64,000 nucleotides of DNA from Selaginella moellendorffii (lineage: Eukaryota; Plantae; Lycopodiophyta): assembly GCF_000143415.4 (NCBI RefSeq), contig NW_003314310.1, positions 1,296,611 to 1,360,610 on the forward strand, in the 5' to 3' direction. Below the pieces are notes generated by a model. That model saw only the letters and a program-made list of their open reading frames with translations. It was not told the DNA's origin and ran no database searches. The position numbers were made by a program, and so were the translations under genes. Each line of letters begins with the position of its first letter. Positions within the stretch are counted from its first letter, which is position 1. This document shows positions 24,473 to 38,520 of this stretch, one piece after another.

Positions 24473-27400
24473 TGAGTCCGAGTCCGAAACCAGGACCGAG
24501 ACTGAGTCCGAGTTCAAGTCTGAGTCCAAGTTCAAATACTAATACAGGTTGTTGGGTGAAAGCCCAAAGCGATTGTCCCCCGGGGGGGGGGGGGGAGTTT
24601 GATTTTGAAACCAAGACCAAGACTGAGTCCAAGTCTGAGTCCAAGTTCGAGTCCGAAGTTTGAGTCTGAATACTAATATAGGCTGTTGGGTGAGAGCCAA
24701 AAGCGATTTTCCCCCAGGTTGGGGGGGGGGGGGGGGGCTCCAAAAGTATAGTAGGGAGAGTGTGGGGGTTAGAGCCCAGTGGAGCTAGTTTGGCCTAGGA
24801 AGGCCATATTCAGTTGTTGGGTGATGGGATGACCACTGGGAAGTCCAAGGCTAAAGTGATTATGGACCAACAAGTGGGGTAGTTTGGTGAAGTGTTCAAG
24901 AGCCAACTCTAGTTCCCTCAGGAGATCAAATGGTTGATGCTCCCAGTCCAAGTGTGGGTGGCACTACCTACTTGGATACCTGGTGTGGCTCAATGAAACC
25001 TCGCTCTAAGCCCATGGCTAGAGCACCCAAAGGCAGAAGGTCGGGAGAGTACGCGTAAAGCTATGGTGTTCCGAAATGTTGTCCCAAAGTCCCAGACTGT
25101 GAAAAGGAAGAGGAGTAGCCCTCTGGTGTAGAGACCAAGGATACGGTCATGTGAAGAGGAAGTCCCAGAGGACCATGGGACTTAGTGGTTAGGCCTATGG
25201 GCCTTGATCCAGTGGTAGTGTTGGTGAACATGCCCAGGAATAGAAAGGGACTTGGTGGGGACCGAAAAAAGGATATTGGGGAAGGCTATTCTCCATGCTT
25301 GTGAGCATCCTAAGGATACTAAGGAGTGGATCTGGGATGATCACTCATGGATGGATGGCCCAGTCTCTGAGAGATAGGATGTTGATGTAGGTGGTGTTAG
25401 ACCACCGGTGTAACCAAGGTGAAGGGGCGTGGCCTTAGCATAACAGGCTGATATGTTAGTGGTACATTGGGGTGTTGATCTTGGGATTGGACATGTGGAC
25501 CACTTGGACCAAGTGCAAAGGTTGAGTGGTATAGATGCCATTCTCGGGGATAGCAAGCCCTAAGTCCTAAGTTGAACTTATGGAGGTTATGAATAGGACT
25601 CCTCTAAGTGGTAAGAGGTGTGGTTAAGTGATTAAAGTAGAATGGAAAAATTAATCGCTTACAACTTGGAATTGAAATTGTCTCTTAATCTGACTGTTAT
25701 TGGTGGCCAAGTATATCACCACTTGTATTTTAATTGGAAGGTCCTAGGTATGGATCTATCCTCGAGGAGTAGCATGTCGAGAGGACATGGCTCCCCACTC
25801 AAGTTCATGCGTGAACTTATGCGCAATGTGGTGGATGGAAAAGGGCTAATAAGGAACAACTTTGGGATCTTGGGAACAGTATAAAGTTTTCCTCAGAGAG
25901 TTGAGAATGTGATCCAAATGAGCGTTTGACTTAGTAAAATAGTTAATATAGTTGTGGTAAACAACTATAGTTGGGATTCGGGAAAGATAAAGACTCCAAA
26001 GCAATAAAGGAGTCACAAGATTATCCTCATGTAACTGAGGTTGGTGCTCATAAATGTGAGACCAGAATTAATGACAATGGGAGGTCAAATATGGAAGAGG
26101 ACACAAATCTTTGAAATGGTAGTTGGGGCTAGCTTTAATAAATGCTGGAATAACCCAAGGAATTGGGGGTGTATTTAGAAGATAAGTTGGTATTCTCATC
26201 ACATGGACAAATAGTCTTAAGGGGAAAAAGTTGCCCCCAGAGAACAAAATCAAGTGTTGGAGTAACACTTGCAAAGATGGTCCTTGTGAGTAGGATAGGA
26301 ATACAAAAAGTTGTATTCCAGCGAACTGGCACCTCAAAAAAAGACTTTATGGGTTATTGGATTATGAAGTCCAAAAATGCTAGATGACTCAAGTGGAGTC
26401 AAGGAATGGTCCTAAGGGATTGCTAAAAGCATTTGGACTGAGGTGTGTTGTGCCCCACGAAAAATGGGGAAGATCATAAGATCCAAGTATGAGAATAGTG
26501 GGTATCTCATTGATGGCAAAAGGTGCCATACTAAAGTTATAGGAAAGGTGTTCCCAGAAAAAAACAACTTTAACACAAAGTTGTGTGTAAACTTTATAGT
26601 GTAGTGCTAATGGATAATTGGCATGAGAAAGAATCATATTGATTTTGGCAAGGACCTAAACACAAGTAAAAGTGTCATAAAAGTAGATTCGTGGAGCCGA
26701 TGGTGTGGAGACACCAAATATGCCAAGGCGTGATGCCTTAGGGTCAAGTTGGCGAGTTCATGAGAACCCCTTCCCAAAGGAATCCTAATGGAAATAGGAA
26801 TGGCACAGCCTGAAGGCATGTGGTTGGAGTGTGATGCCCAAGTAATGATGGAGGTGTGAAAGCACCAACAATGAGTTGTAGGATTTGACAACTATGAGGC
26901 AACTAAGCAAAAGGTGCAAAATAATTGGTTAATTTGGTAGAAGGTAACTATCTAAGACTTCTAGGATAAGGAAGTTAGATATATCCTCATGGGAAATAAA
27001 TTGCTTATGTTGCAATATAGTAAGTCAATGTCGTAGAGGGAATGCTCATTGTCAAATAAAGCCATCATTGGGATATCAAAACACTCTAGAACACCAAGAG
27101 GTGGTGTTTGGTGTCGTGAGGGTAATAAACATAGCCCAAGGGATTAAGTCTTTAGTGAATAATGGATAGAGGGTGCTATTCAAAAGTCTAAGGTTGTGAA
27201 GATGAGAGAAGTCCATCTACCCGAATTGAACAAAGCCTAAAATGGGATTTTGGCAAGGCTAGTGATGGGCATATAGAGGCCCATAAGTAGTAATGCTAAT
27301 CTCAGTGTGTGGGATTATAAAGTGAGCATACCCCGATCAAGGAACCACTCCCTAGGTTATTGGATAGGTTTATCCCTATGAATACTTGCTAAGGCATAGT

Positions 27401-30400
27401 AGAAAGTGCAAAGCTATCCTCCTAGTCTGGAGGAGAATAACTGAAGGAAATGTGTGAGGCCAAAAGCAAGTAAGACCTAGATGTGAGACACAAATCCCTA
27501 AACCCCAAAGTGGAGCTGAAAGGGTGCCACATGGTAGTGGTCGAAGCAAAAGCCAAACGAGCGTAACACATTTGGACTAAAAGGCTCTGACTTGAAAGGT
27601 TGAGAGCGGGAGTGGAACTCCCAACAGAGTGCTCAAGGAACGAGCATGAACCGAGCAATAAGTGAGGCTCCAAAAAGGGACCCAAAAGGACCAACACATG
27701 ATACGTGGAAGTGTCTGAGATGGACCCGAGTTGGAGTCCGAGGTGGAGTCCGAGATGGACCCGAGTTGGAGTCCGAGGTGGAGTCCGAGATGGACCCAAG
27801 TTGGAGTCCGAGATGGAGTCCGAGGTGGAGTCCGAGATGGAGTCCGAGATGGACCGAGATGGAATCTGAGATGGAGTTCGAGAAGGACTCGAGATGGAGT
27901 CCGAGGTCGAGACCGAGACCGGGACCGAGACCGGGACCGAGACTGAGACCAAGACCGAGGCCGAGACCGAGACCGGGACCGGGACCGAGACCGAGGCCGA
28001 GGCCAAGACCAAGCCTGAGCCCGAGCCCGAGTCCGAGTCCGAGTCTGAGTCCGAGTCCGAGTTCGAGTCTAAGAGGGTGAAAGCCCAAAGCGTTCGTCTC
28101 CCAGACCCTGGGGGGTTTGGTGAGCTCCAAAAGTATAGTACGGGGAGGATTGTAGTGGAGCCAGTTTGGCTAGGAAAGGCCAGTTTGGCCCAGGAAGGCC
28201 AGACCCAGTGTTGGGTGATGAACTGACCACTGGGAAGTCCAAGACTAGAGTGAATATGGACTGACAAGCGGGGTAGCTTGGTGAAGTGTTCAAGAGCTAG
28301 CTCTAGTTCCCCTGGGAGATCGACTGGCTGATGCTCCCAGTCCAAGTGTGGGTGGCACTACCTACTTGGATACCTGGTGTGGCTCAACAGAACCTCGCTC
28401 TAAGCCCATGGCTAGAGCACCCAAAGGCGGAAGGCAGGGAGAGTACCCATGAGGCTTGCGTAAGGCCACGGTGTTCCGAAATGTTGTCCCAAAGGCCCAG
28501 ACGAAGGAAAGGAAGAGGAGTAGTCCTCTGGTGTAGTGACCAAGGATACAGTCATGTGGGGAGGAAGTCCCAGAGGATCGTGGGACTTAGTGGTCGGGCC
28601 TATGGGCCCTGATCCAGTGGCAGTGTTGGCGAACACGGCCAAGGACAGAAAGGGACTTGGTGGGGACCAAAAAGGAAATATTGGGGAAGGCTATTCCCCA
28701 TGTCTGCGGGCATCCTAAGGATGCTAAAGAGTGGATCTGGGATGACCACTCATGGACGGATGGCCCAGTCTTGGAGAGACGGGATTGCAATGCAGGTGGT
28801 GTTGGACCACCGATGTGACCAAGGTGATTGGGCATGGCCTAGCGTAACAGGTTGGTATGTTGGTGGTGCCTTGGGGTGTTGGTCATGGGACCAGACACGT
28901 GGAGCACTGGGACCAAGTGCAAAGGTTGAGTATCATAGATGCCATTCTCAGGGCTAGCAAGCCCCAAGTCCTGAGTGGGACTTATGGAGGTTGTGAATGA
29001 GACTCCTCCAAGTGGTCGGAGGTGTGGTTAAGTGACTAAAGTAGAATGGAAAAATTTAGTCGCTTACATTATGATAGAACCGAATTATAGAAATTGAAGG
29101 GCATAACCAAAAGTGGTTAGGCAAGTGGGGAGTGGAGAATCAAGTGGGTGCTCGAGTATGTTGTTACTAACAACCATGATGCCATGGAGAGTCTAAAGCA
29201 TGGAATTGTCCATGTTAAACCATATGGCAATTAGAAAGCTTGCGAAAGGAGAGGCCTTAGCAAGCTAAGGGACAAAGTTTCTTTAAAGTTCCCAAAGACA
29301 AACCTAGGTAACTTAATACCTAAAAAGCCAAGTGTAAATGGTTCATAGAACGCACAAAATCAGAGTGGTACAGTAGAAGCATGTCTTGAAGCTTGCCATA
29401 AAGCAATGCTATCAAGGTTGGGGAAGTAGTTTCCAAGTGTTCAAAGGGATGGCTTTGAATGAAAGTTGATGGTCAAAGACTTTCACGTTGATGCATGAAA
29501 CTATGCTACATTGGTCAAATGACTTGTTAAGCGAGATTTGCAAGTCAAGGGAACAAATCCCCTAGTTGAAGAAGCTAACTTCAAAAGGGGTGGCCCATGG
29601 GGCCAAGCATGGAGGAATCTATACATGATCACAGACTTGTCAAGTGAGAGGGCTTGGCAGAACGGAGGAATTAGGTTCCTAAGCTATGATTTATAGAGCG
29701 CTTTAAGTATAAATTGATGCACCGGCGTGTGGAGTCACGCCAAGCATCCTTGGTGATGCCGTTTGTAAATGCATATATGGAGGTTGGGTTCGAGTCCCGA
29801 CCCTTTAGTGCTTGGGTTCAAGTCCCAACTCACTAGAGTGCAGTGATGGTTTGGAATATGAGGACACTCATTTTTTGGTGGTTATAGACTCTCAGTAAGG
29901 AGACTGGCTTGGGCACACCACCAAACAGGGGATGTCCCGGAGTCGTGATACACAGTTAGATTGCTTAGTGTAGCTTGACATATCTAACTTGAACACTTTG
30001 GTGTAAGTGGCACCAAGCATGGGGTGAATGAGATAGGGACGCCCAGTCTCAGTTGCTATGGACCCTTGGCCGGAAGGGCTGGCTTGGGGGCACTGCCAAG
30101 TGTGGGGGATGCCTCCGGGGTCATGGTCAACAAGTTAAAGGTCTGGAAGACCTAGTATCTATTGACAAACCTATCAAGGTGACCAAAGTGAGATCACTAG
30201 GTGATCTTGTAGCTAAATAAGGACAAGGTCCTTGTTTGGTTAAGGAATAAGATTCCTAGTTCAAAGTGATGATTTGAATTATTGATAATGGCGTGACTTG
30301 GTCAAAGTGACCAAGTGGGAAAGACACCAAAAAATGAAATCAATGGTGTCAATGCAATGGTATAGTAAGTCCAAGGAAGTAGTCTCTAGGAAAGACCCAT

Positions 30401-32773
30401 GAAAGGGTCACAAAGTTGAGCAATGGATAGAGCCCTTAGCAAAGAATGCTAAAGAAATTTACTAGGGGTGAGCACCTTCTGGATTTGGTAAAGTGGAGCC
30501 TTTGCTATAGAACCGAAAGAATACCTCAAGGATGGAAGTAGTGAGCCTATGTTACTTGGTGCAACAATCAATGGATAAGAGTAAGAGACTAGTGGCCAAG
30601 TTTGGGCCATGGGATTCATTGGAAGGAATTCAGATAGCAAAGTTAGCTAAGGAACACTAATGTGTTAAATGCTAACGGATTGTGGGAAAGGAAGTGTATT
30701 TTCAAGGATGGATTCCCAAGTGCTCTAATTTGGCGAAGTAAAAGTTCCAAGTGAAGGAGTGGCAAAGTAGCTAAATGATAGGGTCATGGACAACCCTAGC
30801 ACGAATTATGATAATTGGGACGTAATGCCAAAGGTGGCACAAAATAGAAAAGAGGATGATGGTGCCCTCAAGTAGAGAACTTTCTAGTATGGGGAAGTGG
30901 AGTTGCACAAAATGTGCAAAGTAAGGTGTCGAAGACACCTAGGAAATTGATTCCGAGAAGTCAAAATTAAAGGTTCCAAAGTGCTAAGGTTATATTGATG
31001 GAAACTAAGACTATTCGTGAATGAGTAGTGGGAATGAGATAGGGAAGGTGTCTCTAATAGGTTTAGTAAGAACTAAACCAATAAAAAAAAAGAACCACCA
31101 TAATTGGTCAAATGAGTTTCTAATTTGGAAAGACTATGCTCCTTAGAGGATGGGCAAGGCATGGTGAGCCTTCAGTGTCAAACCATTGATGAATATTGGC
31201 GAGATGCCAAAGATGGAAAGGGTAATATATGTTGATATTACTTTATAAAATAGTTTATCATTCGATGAGGACATCAAACTTTGTCTATAGGTGGTGGAGT
31301 TGTGAGACACAAAATCCCTAGGCCCCAAAGTGGAGCCGAAAGGGTGCCACATGGTAGTGGTCAAGCAAAAGCCAAACGAGCATAACACATTTGGACTAAA
31401 AGCTCCAACTTGAAAAGTCGAGAGCGGGAGTGAAATTCCCAAAAAAGCGCTTGAGGAACAAGCACGAAGTGAGCAATAGAGTGAGTCTCTAAAAAAGGGA
31501 CACAAGAGGACCAACACATAACACGTGGAAGAGTCCGAGATCGAGTCCAAGATGGAGTCCGAGATAGAATCCAAGATAGACTCGAGATGGAGTCCGAGAT
31601 GGACCTCAGATGGAGTCCGAGATGGACCCAAGATGGAGTCCGAGATGGATCCGAGATGGAGTTCGAGATGGAGTCTAAGTCGGAGCCGAGACCGAGACCG
31701 AGTCTGAGTCTGAGTCCAAGTTCGAGTCTGAGTCCAAGTCCGAGTCCGAGTCCGAGTCCAAGTCCGAATACTAATACAGGCTGTTGGGTGAAAGCCTAAA
31801 GCGATTGTTCCCCAGGGGGGGGGGAGCTGCAAGGGGTTCCAAAAGTATAGTAGAGAGAGTGTGGGGGTTGGAGCCTAGTGGAGCCAGTTTGGCCCATGAA
31901 GGCTATACCCAGCTATTGGGTGATAGGATGACCACTGGGAAGTCCTAGACTAGAGTGAATACAAACCGACAAGCGAGGTAGCTTGGTGAAGTGTTCAAGA
32001 GCCGGCTCTAGTTTCCCCGGGAGATCAAATGGTCGATGCTCCCAGTCCAAGTGTGGGTGGCACTACCTACTTGGATACCTAGCATGGCTGAATGGAACCT
32101 TGCTTTAAGCCTATGGCTAGAGCACCCAAAGGTGGAAGGTGGGGAGAGTACCCACAAGGCTCGCGTAAAGCTATGGTTTTCTGAAATGTTGTCCCAAAGT
32201 CCCAGACTATGAAAAGGAAGAGGAGCAGCCCTCTGGTGTAGAGACCAAGGATATGATCATGTGAGGAGGAAGTCCCAGAGGACCGTTGGACTTAGTGGTC
32301 AGGCCTATAGGCTTTGATCCAGTGGTAGTGTTGGTGAACACGGCTAGGAACAGAAAGAGACTTAGTGGGGACCAGAAAAGGGATATTGGGGAAGGCTATT
32401 CCCCATGCCTGCGGGCATCTTAAGGATACAAAGGAGTGGATTTGGGATGATCATTCATGGATGGATGGCATAGTCTTTGAGAGACGGGATGGTGATGTAG
32501 GTGGTGTTAGACCATTGGTGTGATCAAGGTGAAGGGGCATAGCCTTAGCGTAACAAGACGACATGTTAGTGGTACCTTGGGGTGTCAGTCTTGGGATTAG
32601 ACATGTGGACCACTTGAACCAAGTGCAAAGGTTGAGTGGTATAGATGCCATTCTCGGGGATAGCAAGCCCCAAGTCCTGAGTTGGACTTATGGAGGTTGT
32701 GAATAGAACTCCTCCAAGTGGTTAGAGGTGTGGTTAAGTGACTAAAGTAGAATGGAAAAATTAGTCATTTCTA
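23991..32773 (+). mobile_element. Family-C non-autonomous LTR element (C-i) inserted in the 5' LTR of C-o
   Basis: LTRs 23991-25663 and 31301-32773; PPT AGGTGGTGGAGT; TSD ATGTT/GTGTT; internal region colinear with that of C-o. Confidence 0.8.
27482..29068 (+). mobile_element. Family-C solo LTR inside C-i
   Basis: TGTGAGACAC...GTCGCTTACA, no adjacent PBS or PPT; flanks CTAGA/TTATG do not form a TSD. Confidence 0.8.
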
Positions 32774-35700
32774 GTGTTGTGACACATGGAAGTGTCAAAA
32801 ACGAGTCTAAAAAGGAGTTCAAGAAGGAGTCCAATATAGACCCTAGATGGACCTAATATGAACTCGAGATAGAGCCTGAGATGGACCTAAGATGGAGTTC
32901 AAAATAGAGTCTGAGATGGATCTGAGATGGAGTTTGAGATTGACCTAAAATGGAGTCCAAGATGGACCTGAGATGGAGTCCAAGGATGGACCCAAGATGG
33001 ACCCAAGATGGAGTCCGAGATCGAGACCGAGACCGAGACCAAAATTGAGATTGAGACCAAGAACGAGCCCGAGTCCGAGTCTGAGAATAGGTTTAAGACC
33101 AAGTTCAAGTCTAAGTCCAAGTCCAAGTTTAAGTCCGAGGGTCAAAGCCCAAAGCAATCATCTCCCAGACCCTAGGGGGTTTAATGAGCTCCAAAAGTAT
33201 AGTAGGGGGGGAAGACTCCAGTGGAGCCAGTTTGGCCAAGAAAGGCTAGTGTGACCAAGGAAGGCTATATCGATGTGTTGGTGATGATATAACCATTAAG
33301 GAGTCTAAGGCTAAAGTGAATATGGACAGACAAGTGGGGTAGTTTTAGTGAAGTGTTCAAGAGCCAACTCTAGCTCCCCCAGGAGATTGAATGGTTGATG
33401 ATCCCAATCCAAGTGTGGGTGGCACTACCTACTTAGATACCTAGTGTGGCTCATTGGAACCTCGCTCTAGCCACATGGCTAGGGCACTTAAGGGTAGAAG
33501 GTGGGGAGAGTATCCACGAGGCTCGCTTAGGGCTATAGTGTTTTGAAATGTCATCCCAAAGTCCCGGATTGTGGAAAGGAGGAAAAATAGTCCTCTTGTG
33601 TAGTGACTAAGGATATGGTCTCATGATAAGGAAGTCTTAGAGGTCAATAGGATTTAGTGGTCAAGCCTTTAGGCCTTGACCCAATGGTAGTGTTGGCAAG
33701 CATGGCCGTGAATATGGATTTGGTAGGAATTAAAGAAGAAATATTGGGGAATGATGTTCCTCATATCTTTAAGCATCCTAAGGGTGCTAAAATGTGGTTA
33801 AGGGATGACCACTTATGGATGGATAACTCAGTATTTGAGAGATGGGATGTTGATGTAGGTGGTCTTGGACTACTGATGTAACAAGAGTGAATAGGCATGG
33901 CTTTAGCATAATGTGCTAATATGTCAGTAGTACCTTCAGGTTTCAATCATGGGATCGAACATATGGAACACTTGGACCAATTGCAAAGGCTGAGTGGCAT
34001 AGATGCCATTCATAGGCCTAACAAATCCCCAAGTCTGGAATAGGATATATGGAGGTTGTGAGTGAGACTCCTCCAAGTGATTAGAAGTATGGTAAGTGAC
34101 TAAAGTAGAATGGAAAATTTAGTCACTAACAATTTGGTATCAGAACTATTCCTTCATCTAACTTTTAGTGGTAATCAAGTATATCACCACTTGTATTAGC
34201 ATCAAAAGGTCCCAAGAGTGAGTCTATCTTTAAGGAATAGCATGTCAAAAGGGCATGACTCTCCACCTTAGTTCGTACGTGAATATGTAGGCAATATGGT
34301 GGATACAAGGGGGCCAATAAGGGGATGACTTTGAAATCTTGGGAATAATATAAAGCTTTAATCATAAAGTTGAAAATGTGATCCAAATGAGTATTTGACT
34401 TAGCAAATTGGCTAATGTGGTTGTGGTAAAAAACTATAGTTGGGATCACGGGAAGGATGAAGACTTTGAGACAATAAAGGAGTCATAAGATTTTCCTTAT
34501 ATAGTTAAAGATGGTACTTATGAATTTGAAACGAGAATTAATGACTATAGAAGGTCAAATATGGAAAGGATATAGGTCCTTGAAATGGTAGTTGGGGCTA
34601 CCTCTAATAAATGTTGGAACAACTTAAAGGTTAGGGGTGTACTTAGAGGGTGAGTCAGTATTCTCCTCATATGGACAGGTAGTCCTAAGAGGCAAAAGTA
34701 GCTCATATGGAATAAAGAATAATCAAGTGTCAAGATAACACTTGCAAATATGGTCCTTGTGAGTAGGATATGTATACAAAAAGTGGTATTTTAGCGAGCT
34801 AACATTTCAAAAATAGGATCTTAAGGGTCATCAGATTAGTAAAAGTCTAAAAAGTTAGATGACTCAAATGAAGTTAAGGAATAATACTAATGTATTTGTG
34901 GAAACTTTTGGACTAAAGTGTGTTATACCCTACGAAGGATAGGGAGGATCATAAGATCCAAGTATGAGAATAGTGGGTATCTCATTGATAGCAAAATATG
35001 CCATACTAAAGTCGTGGGAAATGTTTTCCTGAAAGAAAGCAAATTTGGTGTAGAGTTGTATGTGAATATTATGGTGCAGTGCTAATTGATAATTGGCATG
35101 AAAAACGAGGGTAGGCTCGTAGAGTCAATGGTGTGGAGACATTAAATATGCCAAAGTGTGATGCCTTGAGGTCAAGTTAGCTGGTTCATAAGAACCCCTT
35201 GCCAAAAAAATCCCAATGAAAATGGGATTAGTATAGCCTAAGCTAGAAGATATGTGATTTGAATGTAGTGACCTAAATAATAATGAAGGTGTGGAAGCAT
35301 TAGTAATGAGTATAGGACTTGACAACTATGAAATAACTAAGCAAAAAATACAACATAATTGATTGGATTGGTAGAAGTTAACTTCCCAAGACTTCTTATT
35401 AAGATAAGGAGGTTAGATATAACCCTTGGGGGGATAAAATATTTATATTATGATATAGTGCGTCAATGTCATAAAAAGAAATACATATTGTCAAAGAAGG
35501 CTATCATTGAAACATCTAAACACTTTAAAACACTAAGAAGTGGTGTTTGGTATTATGAGGGCATTAGATAAAGCCCAAGGGACTAAATCCCTAGTGAATA
35601 ATAGATAGAAGATGTTATTCAACGTCCAAGATTGTAGAGATGAGAAAAGTTCATCTATCCAAATTGGACAACGCCAAAAACGATTTTGGCAAAGCTAGTG

Positions 35701-36207
35701 ATGGGCATATAAAGACCCATAAGTAGCAACATTAATCCTGATATGTGGGATTACAAAGTGAGTATATCCAGATTGAAGAACCACTCTTTAGGCTATCGAG
35801 TAAGTTCATCTTTAAAAATGCTTGCTAATGCATGGTAAAAAGTGCAAAACTATCCTCCTATCCTAGAGAAGAATAACCAAAGGAAACATGTGAGGCAAAA
35901 AACAAGTAGTAAAGGGATAGGATTAAACTATGGAAAGCGAAGGGTATAGCCAAGGGTAGTTATGTAAGTTCGTAGTGAAAAATCAAGTAGATGCTTGAAG
36001 ATGTGTTGCTACTGGCAACCATGATACTATAGAGAGTCTAAGGTATGGAATTGTCTATATTAAACCATATAACAATTAAAAAGCTTATGAAAGGAGAGGC
36101 CTTAGCAAGTTAAGGAATAAAATCCTTTCAATGTTCCCAAACACAATTTTATGTAGGTTGATACCTAGAAAGACAAGTGTAAATGATTCATAGGATTACG
36201 CAAAATT

Positions 36208-38520
36208 TACAAGAAACCAACTCTCCGAGGTGTCGAAGGCTAAAGGATCCTCGAAAGCACGATCAAAATGATAAAGAGTTCATCAGATGAGATTGAGTCC
36301 AAGATCAAGTTCAAGACCACCTCTAAGACTGAATTCGAGACCAAGTCCGACATTGAGTTTGAGACAGACTTCGAGACCGAGTTCGAGACCGAGTTTGAAA
36401 TCTGATATTGGATCCGAGACCGAGTCTGAGATCGAGTCTGAGATAGAGTCTGAGGTTGGGTCCAAGATCGAGTCTAAGATCGAGTCTGAGATTGAGTCCG
36501 AAATCAAGTTTGAGATCGAGTCCGAACTCAAGTCCGAGATTAAGTGCGAGACCGAGTCTGAACACTAATACAGGTCGTGGGATGAAAACCCAAAGTGTGT
36601 GTTTCCCCAAGGGGGGGCGGGGGTTCCAAAAGTATAATAGGGATATGGAAGTCTAGGAACTAGTCTTGAAGAAACTCTCTAGTGTTGCTTCCAAACTGAC
36701 TTGAGGTTGAGGCTGGGGCCAAGGGGCCTTGAGTGGGAGTGAGCATGGACTTGGGTGGTGCCGGAGGGGCCACCCAAGGAAGTGCTCAAAGGCAGCTCCC
36801 ATGTAAGGAACCAACTCGCCGAAGTGTTGTAGGCTAAAAGAGCCCCGAAACCAAAATGATAAAGAGTTCATCGAATGGGACCAAGTCTAAGATCGAGTCC
36901 AAGACCGACTCTAAGACCGAGCTCGAAATAGAGTCCGGAATCGAGTCCGAGACCGACTCGGAGACCAAGTTCGAGACTGAGTTCGAGACCGAGTTTGAGA
37001 CTGAGTTCGAGACGGAGTCTGAGATCCGAAATCGGGTCCGAGACCGAGTCCGAGGTCAAGTCCGAGGTCGGGTCCGAGATTGGGTCCGAGATCAAGTCCG
37101 AGATCGAGTCCGAGACTGAATCCGAAGTCGGATCCGAGATCGAGTCCGAGATCGAGCCAGAGACTAAGTCCGAGTACTAATATGGGTCAAGGGGTGAAAG
37201 CCCAAAGCATGCGTCTCCCAAGGGGCAGGGGGGGGCTGCAGGGGGTTCCAAAAGTATAGTAGGGATAGTGAGGTCCAGGAGCCAGTCTTGAAGGAACTCT
37301 CCAGTAGTGCTTCCAAACTGACTTGAGGTTGAGACTGGGGCCGAGGGGCCTTGGGTGGGAGTGAGCATGGGCATGGGTGGTGTCGGAGGGGCCACCCAGG
37401 GAAGTGTTAAAGAGCAGCTCCCACTCCCAAAAGGGAAACCGACTGCGGTGCTCCTAGCTCAGGTGGAGTGGTGCCCCACTTGAGTACCTTGTGGCTCATT
37501 GGTCCTCGCCCTTCCTAGGGGCTTGGGCCTTCCCTTCGATATGGAAGTGGGGGGGGGTAGAGGTACCCATACGAGGCTGTTAGGCCACGGTGTTTCGCCC
37601 CGACGTCCCGAAGCAAGTGCTGCACCCAAGGCTTGGGATTTAGAGGGTCCCATGATCAAGTCTTGTTGTACTAAGGGGTGTTAGGAACCTGGAGGCTTGG
37701 TGTGCTTGGCTGCTTGTGCCTGTGGGGAGTGTAGCTGAACCTTAAGTTCAGTCTAACCCGGGGAGGGGGATTGGGAGAGATTTGGGAATCCGTATATGGA
37801 TGGCTAACACTTCGTTGCTTGTGTAGTGAGTAGCTGAAACCAAGTAGGACCAAGTAGGAGCTGGTACAATAGGCGAGAACCTTGGCAAGAGAACTTAGCA
37901 CAAGCCAAGGCAGTGTTGGTCGGATAGACGAGGTAAGCTGGCAAATTGGAAAGGAAAAATTTGTGGCTTACATCCCACTCCCAGAATGAAAATTGACTGC
38001 AGTGCTCCTGGCTCATGTAGAGTGGTGCCCCACTTGAGTACCTTATGGCTCATTAGTCCTCGCCTTTTCTAGGGGCTTGGGCCTTCCCTTTGGGATGGAA
38101 GTGGGGGACTAGGGGTACCCATATTGGGCCGTTAGGCCACAGTGTTTCCCCCCCACATCCCAAAACAAATGATGCACCTAAGGCTTAGGATTTAGAGGGT
38201 TCCATAATTAAGTCTTGTTATACCAAAGGATGTTAGGTACCTGGAGGCTTGGTGTGCTTGGCTGTTTGTGCCAGTGGGGAGTGTAGCCAAACCTTAAGTC
38301 TAGTCTAACCCAGGGAGGGGGATTGGGAGAGATTTGGGAATCCATGGATGGATGGCTTACGCTTTGTTGCTCGTGCAATGAGTAGCTGAAACCAAGTAAG
38401 ACCAAGAGCTAGTACAATATGCGGGAACCTTGGCAAGGGAACTTAGTTAATGCTAAGGTAATATTGGTCGGATAGACGAGGTAAGTTGGCAAATTGGAAA
38501 GGAAAAATTTGTGGCTTACA
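36208..38520 (+). mobile_element. Older family-E solo LTR (interrupted)
   Basis: Homologous to the reverse complement of 57889-59018; ends GTGGCTTACA; TSD AAATT/AAATC. Confidence 0.75.
36802..37972 (+). mobile_element. Younger family-E solo LTR nested in the older E solo LTR
   Basis: TGTAAGGAACC...GTGGCTTACA with perfect TCCCA TSD. Confidence 0.88.

Noticed and set aside
29783-29828. tRNA gene
   Set aside because: T-arm-like hairpins only; no D-arm, anticodon arm or acceptor stem found.
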